This document shows, piece after piece, positions 58,336-64,000 of a DNA stretch of 64,000 nt (positions are counted from its first letter, which is position 1; each line of letters opens with the position of its first letter). The stretch comes from Candidatus Bathyarchaeota archaeon (GTDB taxonomy: Archaea; Thermoproteota; Bathyarchaeia; Bathyarchaeales; Bathycorpusculaceae): NCBI GenBank assembly GCA_963832745.1, contig CAWHVC010000002.1, forward strand, positions 288,001 through 352,000, in the 5' to 3' direction. The position numbers and the translations under genes were made by a program. The notes beneath the pieces are model-generated. The model saw only the letters and a program-made list of their open reading frames with translations. It made no database searches and had not been told where the DNA came from.

Positions 58336-60247
58336 ATGTTTCCATTACGCTTGGTACTATAGTGTTAATGTTTGCTTTGTTTGCAAGGAAGTTTGCGAAG
58401 CTTATTGTCTTTTGTTTTTCGCCGTGAATGACAAAGATGCGTTCTGGCTTAGGGTTTAGATGTGTTAAGTAGTTTACTAGTTGTCGTCTGTCTGAGTGGC
58501 CAGAGAAACCGTCGATTGTTTCTGTCTGCATTTTAACTTGTAATGCCGCCATTTTGCCTTCGTTATCCATCATTGTTACTTCGCTTACACCTTTCTGGAC
58601 GCGTCTGCCCATGGTTCCTTCGATTTGGTAGCTGACAAAGATTATTGTGTTGCGTTCATCGTTTGCCCAGTTCTTGAAGTATTCAATTACTGGTCCACCT
58701 TCAAGCATGCCTGAAGTTGCAAGAACAATGCATGGTTCGCCTTCCATGATGCTTTGGCGTACGCTTGGGTGCTCAACGATGGTGAAGTAGTCAGACTGGA
58801 AAGGGTTAACTTCTTCATGCAGGATGCTGTGGCGTACTTCTCTGCCAAGGTATTCTGGGTAAGCTGTATGGATTGCTGTTGCTTCGCTTATCATGCCTTC
58901 AATGAAGACTGGGGCTTCTTTCATCATGCCTCGTTTCATGTAGCCGTCAATGATTAGCATGACTTCTTGTGCTCTGCCCACGGCGGGGACTGGAATTAGG
59001 ACTTTGCCTTTGCGTTCAAGGGTTTGGTTGATAATTTTGGTTAAGGCTTCTTCTGCTTCTACACGTGATGGCATGAAGTCGTCTGCGCCGCCGTAAGTTG
59101 ATTCAGTGATGACTGTTTCGATGCGAGGAAACTCTGTTGCTGCAGCTTCAAGTAGCATTGTTCTGCCGAACTTGTAGTCGCCAGTGTAAACTATGTTGTG
59201 TAAGCCTTCACCGATGTGCAAGTGAAGCATTGAACCGCCTAAAATGTGGCCTGAATTGTGCAGTGTTAAACGAATGTCTGGTGCAATGTCGGTGACTACG
59301 CCAAAACGTAGTGGGATAGTGTGGAGTACACATTCACGTATGTCTTTTTGGTCATAATGAGGTGTGACTCCCTGCTTGCTGGCTACATCTAAATAGTCCA
59401 TCTGCAACATAGTCATCAAGTTTGACGTTGGCGCTGAACAGTACACTGGGCCATCGTAACCATACTTGTAAAGGAACGGTAAAAGACCACAGTGGTCAAG
59501 ATGAGCGTGGCTGATAACTACTGCGTCAAGGTTGTCTATTTGGAATTCTGGTGAATCAAACCTTGGGAAAGACTCAAAGGGTCTGTTGGAGCCTGGGTTG
59601 ATACCGCAGTCCAAAAGTACGCTGCTTTCACGGGTCTTGATTAGAAATGCTGAGCGACCGACTTCTTGTGCGCCGCCTAAAACTGTCATGCGTATGTCGC
59701 CGACCTCATAGGTTTTAGGTCGGAAAATGCGTTCACCAACCGTGCGAAGAATTCTTTCACGTTCTTTGCTTTCTGAATGTAGGTAGTGACGCATGTGAGT
59801 GACAATTTTTGATTTGATTGGTGGACTTCGAAGTACGTGAGGGCGCCATTTTGTTTTCTTTATGATTTCTTGCAGCACAGCGCCGTTTCTGCCTATGACT
59901 AAGCCTGGTTTTTTGGTTTCAATAATGATTTCGCCTAGGCTGGGGTCAAAGTTGATGTCGGTGATTTCTGCTTCTGGAGAAATAAGTTCTCGTGTAATTT
60001 TTTCTGCTTCTGCTTCAGGCAACCGAACAGAGGGGTCTGGCCTGACAACAATTCTTTTACGGATAACACCGACTATTTCGGCGATTACGCTGCTTTGGTC
60101 AACTAGTACTTCTGGTTTTTTAGTATAAACTGAAAGCATTGGTCCCTCGTATTCAATTCGAGTGACTTCTGCTTCTCTTGGAACATGTTGTAAAATATAA
60201 TGGGTTATTTCTATTTTGTCTTTTTCTTTATCTTGTGTTCGCGCCAA
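58322..60247 (-). CDS. fttA: Beta-CASP ribonuclease aCPSF1 / termination factor FttA (start moved to TTG 60247)
   Basis: N-terminal KH domains (KPGLVIG), GGAQEVGRS, SHAHLDH, GHILG, FSGHSD, HGE. Confidence 0.95.
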   Translation of the reverse strand: MARTQDKEKDKIEITHYILQHVPREAEVTRIEYEGPMLSVYTKKPEVLVDQSSVIAEIVGVIRKRIVVRPDPSVRLPEAEAEKITRELISPEAEITDINFDPSLGEIIIETKKPGLVIGRNGAVLQEIIKKTKWRPHVLRSPPIKSKIVTHMRHYLHSESKERERILRTVGERIFRPKTYEVGDIRMTVLGGAQEVGRSAFLIKTRESSVLLDCGINPGSNRPFESFPRFDSPEFQIDNLDAVVISHAHLDHCGLLPFLYKYGYDGPVYCSAPTSNLMTMLQMDYLDVASKQGVTPHYDQKDIRECVLHTIPLRFGVVTDIAPDIRLTLHNSGHILGGSMLHLHIGEGLHNIVYTGDYKFGRTMLLEAAATEFPRIETVITESTYGGADDFMPSRVEAEEALTKIINQTLERKGKVLIPVPAVGRAQEVMLIIDGYMKRGMMKEAPVFIEGMISEATAIHTAYPEYLGREVRHSILHEEVNPFQSDYFTIVEHPSVRQSIMEGEPCIVLATSGMLEGGPVIEYFKNWANDERNTIIFVSYQIEGTMGRRVQKGVSEVTMMDNEGKMAALQVKMQTETIDGFSGHSDRRQLVNYLTHLNPKPERIFVIHGEKQKTISFANFLANKANINTIVPSVMETFRLL

Positions 60248-60251
60248 CTTT

Positions 60252-60902
60252 TTAACTTCCCGTGTTTGAAAGGAGTTCACGTTTTTCTTGTTCCGAGAGC
60301 TCCTTGTATCCGTTAGCATCGATTACGGTGATATTGTAACTGTTGCCGCTTGCAACATCGCGTTTCATAGCAGCGTTTACCGCTTTGGCAATTGTGGGTA
60401 ATACTTCTTTGATTGTTAAACCTTCACGGTACTTATCTTCCAATATGCCGTAAGCTACTGGTGAACCTGAACCTGTGGAAACAGATTTTTCTTCCATCAA
60501 GCTGCCGTAAGGATCCAGATTGAAAACGTGAGGTCCGGTTTCATCAATACCGCCGACCAGAACTTGGGTTGACAGGGGAACGTATCTATTGTTGAAGAGA
60601 ATGTTTGCAACTAGGCGTGCTGCGGAAAGAACTGGCATTGGTCGGTTCATGTTTATTTTGTAAAGTTTTGCGTTAGCAGTTAAGATATCTACTACCCTTT
60701 GCGCATCGGCGACTGTACCTGCAATGGTCATTCCTAAGTGGTCGTCAACTTTGTAGACTTTTTTTCCGAATTTGTGGGCAACGTAGTATCCCATGGTTAC
60801 TCTGGTGTCTGATGCAAGAATAACTCCGTCTTTGCAGACTACACCAATTGTTGTTGTTCCTTTAAGGACTAACTCGCTAGCAGCATTATTTTGTGATGAC
60901 AT
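60252..60902 (-). CDS. psmB: Proteasome beta subunit
   Basis: Propeptide then KG/TTTIG, GSGS, RDVASG. Confidence 0.96.
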   Translation of the reverse strand: MSSQNNAASELVLKGTTTIGVVCKDGVILASDTRVTMGYYVAHKFGKKVYKVDDHLGMTIAGTVADAQRVVDILTANAKLYKINMNRPMPVLSAARLVANILFNNRYVPLSTQVLVGGIDETGPHVFNLDPYGSLMEEKSVSTGSGSPVAYGILEDKYREGLTIKEVLPTIAKAVNAAMKRDVASGNSYNITVIDANGYKELSEQEKRELLSNTGS

Positions 60903-61123
60903 GTATTTTATCTTCTCCCTAAAATTGATTTATTTATGTTGGATGGTGGATATCATCCCATAGGAAGTAGCAAGATGATATCGTTCTGTGAGCCTAATTA
61001 ATATTACGGTAACCTAAAAACGGGCTTAAAGATGATTATTTGTTTAATTTCGCCTTTAAATCAAAAAAGTTTAAACAGTAAAAACCCGATTTTATACTGC
61101 CCTAAAACTAAACGTGAACAATC

Positions 61124-62182
61124 TTGACGTTACCTTATCATTACATGCAGCTTCCTCGAGAAGTAATTGTTGGAAATGGAGTGCTAAACCGGGTTATTGA
61201 AGTTACACAACGATTAAACCTCAAAGGCGTCGCATTGATCATTTCCGGCACAAAAAGCTACGAGGTAGCGGGCAAACACGTTTATGATCTTCTCGAACAG
61301 GCAGGAATGGATCCTTATGGGTTGCTTGTTGAAACCATAACAATGAAAGATATAGCGTTAATTGAAGAACAAATCAAAAATCTTCAACCTCAAGCGCTTT
61401 TCGGAGTTGGCGGCGGAACAATAATTGATGCCACAAAGGTTAGCTGTGGCAAAAAAAACATTCCATTTATCAGCATTCCAACAACTGTTTCTCATGACGG
61501 GATTGCAAGTCCTCTTGCTTCAATTAAAGGCGCAGACAAGCCCTATTCAATCATGGCTCAGGCTCCTCTTGCCATAATTGCAGATACAGACATTATTTCT
61601 CAGGCTCCTTGGCGTTCGGTCATAAGTGGCTGCGGCGATGTAATTGCCAAATTCACTGCAGTAAAGGACTGGAAGCTTGCTCATTTAGAAAACAACGAAT
61701 ACTACGGTGAATACGCTGCGAGTTTAGCGTTAATGAGTGCTAAATTGATTACTGAAAACGCTTCATTAATTGAACCGGGAAACGTCGGCGGATTACGTGT
61801 CTTGTTGGAAGCTTTGATTAGTTGCGGCGTTGCCATGAGTATTGCCGGAAGCAGTCGTCCCTGTAGCGGTTCTGAGCACCTGTTTAGTCATGCTTTAGAT
61901 ATTGTTAGTCCAACACACGCAATGCATGGAGAACAGGTGGGTATTGGTTCAATTTTAACCGCTTTTCTTCATGGAACAAACTGGCAGCGGATTAAAGGTA
62001 CTCTTAAACAGATTGGGGCGCCGACAACAGCCAAAGAGTTAGGCATAAAAAATGAAGACATAGTCAAAGCTTTAGAGTTGGCTTCAACCATACGTCCTGA
62101 ACGTTACACTATTCTGCATAAACTGCGTCTTAACTATGAAGCTTGCCAAACAGTTGCCAAAGCAACGAAAGTAATTGATTAA
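61124..62182 (+). CDS. egsA: sn-glycerol-1-phosphate dehydrogenase
   Basis: GGGTIID, SHDGIAS, SRPCSGSEH, HGEQ, RPERYTIL. Confidence 0.95.
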   Translation: MTLPYHYMQLPREVIVGNGVLNRVIEVTQRLNLKGVALIISGTKSYEVAGKHVYDLLEQAGMDPYGLLVETITMKDIALIEEQIKNLQPQALFGVGGGTIIDATKVSCGKKNIPFISIPTTVSHDGIASPLASIKGADKPYSIMAQAPLAIIADTDIISQAPWRSVISGCGDVIAKFTAVKDWKLAHLENNEYYGEYAASLALMSAKLITENASLIEPGNVGGLRVLLEALISCGVAMSIAGSSRPCSGSEHLFSHALDIVSPTHAMHGEQVGIGSILTAFLHGTNWQRIKGTLKQIGAPTTAKELGIKNEDIVKALELASTIRPERYTILHKLRLNYEACQTVAKATKVID

Positions 62183-62568
62183 AGTTTCTTCTGTAGTTGT
62201 TCAATGAGTGCGAACTGGTTGCCTTCCGGGTCCATTGCCGCTGCTACCCATCCGACGTCGGGGACTTCCTCTTTAGGTATAATGACTTTTCCGCCGAGTT
62301 TTTCAATTTTGGCTAAAAAGTCTGTGATTGATTCTACTGCGTAATAGTTTATTGGTTTAATTTCTGGTTGGGGTTTTTTGTACATGCCGCCGTTTACGCC
62401 TGGGCGTTTTAGCATCCCTTTTTCGTCGGTAGGAACAGTCTGGATAATCCAGTAATCAATTGGTCCTGGGTATTGAAGAATTTTCCATCCGAAAACCTGC
62501 TCATAAAACTGTTTGAGTTTTTCTACATCATTTGCTGGGATTTCAAAATGAATTAATGTGTGATCCAT
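62179..62568 (-). CDS. VOC/glyoxalase family protein
   Basis: HFEIPA, FYEQVFGW, DPEGN. Confidence 0.9.
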   Translation of the reverse strand: MDHTLIHFEIPANDVEKLKQFYEQVFGWKILQYPGPIDYWIIQTVPTDEKGMLKRPGVNGGMYKKPQPEIKPINYYAVESITDFLAKIEKLGGKVIIPKEEVPDVGWVAAAMDPEGNQFALIEQLQKKL

Positions 62569-62708
62569 CTTGCTCCATTCACCTCCAATTAATTCTCCTG
62601 TTGTTTTGGAGTAAATCAGAGAGTGACCATATTATTATAAGCGGATTGGCGGATTTAATCTTTATTTTCTTTCAACAGTTAATGCTAAACAAGAAAAAAA
62701 ATGGTAAG

Positions 62709-63284
62709 TTAAAATTCTACCGCAAACTTGCATTCCGAGGCACCGGAAACAGCGCTTTCAAGCAGTTTGACCTTAACAGGTTTACTGGTGATGGTTTCCC
62801 AATACTTTTTAATGAAACCTTCCGAGCAATGGCAATACGTCTTAGACATGTTGACGTCGTTTGGCAAGGCACGAATTAAACTACAGTAACAACGCATCGG
62901 GTGAGTAAACGCCTGTGGAGTATAAATGTGAAGCAACCTATTGCCATCTTGTTCATATCGTGTTCCTTTTTGTGGCTTCTCAATTTCTGCTTTAAGAAAA
63001 TCTTCAAAAGTTTTGAATTTTCTACGCCTCTCAACTGCTTTTTGGAGTACACGCTTGTTTACTTCTGCGCAGTTTGAGCCACAGTTGTTCATGATTTGAA
63101 TTCTTTTTTCTTCATCAACTGATCTGTCTAAACGATCAATGGCATCTTTTGTCCAAAGCGCCATTTTTTTCTTCTCAGTTTTTTCAGTGATTTCTTCACT
63201 GCCAACCATTACCTTTTGGCAAGCTTCGACGCCAGCGTAATGTTCAACGTTTTTCTCTAATGGAATAAGCATCTTGTACTTCAT
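62709..63284 (-). CDS. Cys-rich hypothetical protein (DUF6144/V4R-like)
   Basis: CGSNC, CYC, YCHCSEG, C-terminal CKF. Confidence 0.65.
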   Translation of the reverse strand: MKYKMLIPLEKNVEHYAGVEACQKVMVGSEEITEKTEKKKMALWTKDAIDRLDRSVDEEKRIQIMNNCGSNCAEVNKRVLQKAVERRRKFKTFEDFLKAEIEKPQKGTRYEQDGNRLLHIYTPQAFTHPMRCYCSLIRALPNDVNMSKTYCHCSEGFIKKYWETITSKPVKVKLLESAVSGASECKFAVEF

Positions 63285-63458
63285 GACGACCTCTCCAAAT
63301 GCTTGTTATCGCTGTGACAATAAAAAGTTTATAGCGTTATTAATGCTAACTTGATTTTCAAAACAGCGGTAACTGTACTTTTTGGGATTGAAAATAGAAA
63401 ACGAACACAAGAAAAGAATTAAATTGAAAAATAAGTTGTAAACGCTTGTTTGGAGCGT

Positions 63459-63998
63459 TTAGGCTTTTGTTTCTTCTGCTGGAGCAGCTTCTGGCGCTGA
63501 CTCTGCGGGTGCTTCAACCGGGGCTTCTGCTACAGGGGTTGGAGCTGGTGCGGCTGCTGTTGGTTTTGGTTCTGCCTTGAAGGTTTCGACGAATTGTGTT
63601 TGTGCAAGGTCTGGTAGATATTTTTGGATGTCCATGGCGATTCCGCGTTTTGCGATTTGTATGCCTTCAACGTAGAATGTGTCTTCTGGCATATCGATGG
63701 TTAGGTTGCTGTTTTGGATTGTGATTTTGAATTTGTCTTCTTCGACCACTGGGACTCTTCTGTGAATAAGAGCGCCAATTTTTTCTTCGCTGCTGTCCAG
63801 TTTCTTTTGGGTTACTACTTCGTAAATTAGGGTTCTTCCAGCTAAGGGTGGGTTGAAGTCTAAGAGTACTCTTCCTGCGCCGATGGAGCGGACGCTGGCC
63901 ATTTTGCCTTGGTATTCAATGCGTGCTCCAATGATTGGGTTAATTTCTTTTGCTAATAATTGACGTAATGGGACGCGTTTGATTTTTTCTGGGTCTCT
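63459..63998 (-). CDS. Long-type FKBP peptidyl-prolyl isomerase (5' end off the window)
   Basis: RDPEKIKRVP...GRVLLDFNPPLAGRTLIYEV; frame open to the window edge; Ala/Pro/Glu-rich tail. Confidence 0.9.
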   Translation of the reverse strand, partial: RDPEKIKRVPLRQLLAKEINPIIGARIEYQGKMASVRSIGAGRVLLDFNPPLAGRTLIYEVVTQKKLDSSEEKIGALIHRRVPVVEEDKFKITIQNSNLTIDMPEDTFYVEGIQIAKRGIAMDIQKYLPDLAQTQFVETFKAEPKPTAAAPAPTPVAEAPVEAPAESAPEAAPAEETKA

Positions 63999-64000
63999 TT

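Overview
Archaeal chromosomal segment, most likely from a TACK archaeon such as Bathyarchaeia (inferred from aCPSF1/FttA, PsmB, EgsA, Rpo5, NreA, Mre11/Rad50, thiolase+DUF35 and many TTG/GTG starts). It holds about 55 CDS, tRNA-Asp(GTC) and tRNA-Arg(TCT), and several disrupted genes. No rRNA, CRISPR array, transposase or integrase was seen. Housekeeping blocks (DNA repair at 0-18 kb; sepF-fttA-psmB-egsA-FKBP at 58-64 kb) flank accessory DNA. Best candidate for an undescribed system: an HTH gene followed by four tightly coupled, otherwise unrelated membrane proteins that all begin with the same (R/K)GW(F/L)Px(E/D) peptide (51.5-54.5 kb), suggesting an archaeal regulator/anti-regulator array. 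Other highlights: a two-domain RPB5-like Rpo5; an Acinetobacter-type HAD-MtlD fusion; lysine 2,3-aminomutase paired with an EctA-like acetyltransferase; a modular intergenic repeat in three copies; a potentially structured leader and paired palindromes at cbiZ/btuFCD; an inactivated RadA-like protein with a PIP-like tail; and a DUF4011-helicase-nuclease defence candidate. All family assignments come from motif recognition by eye; no searches were run.
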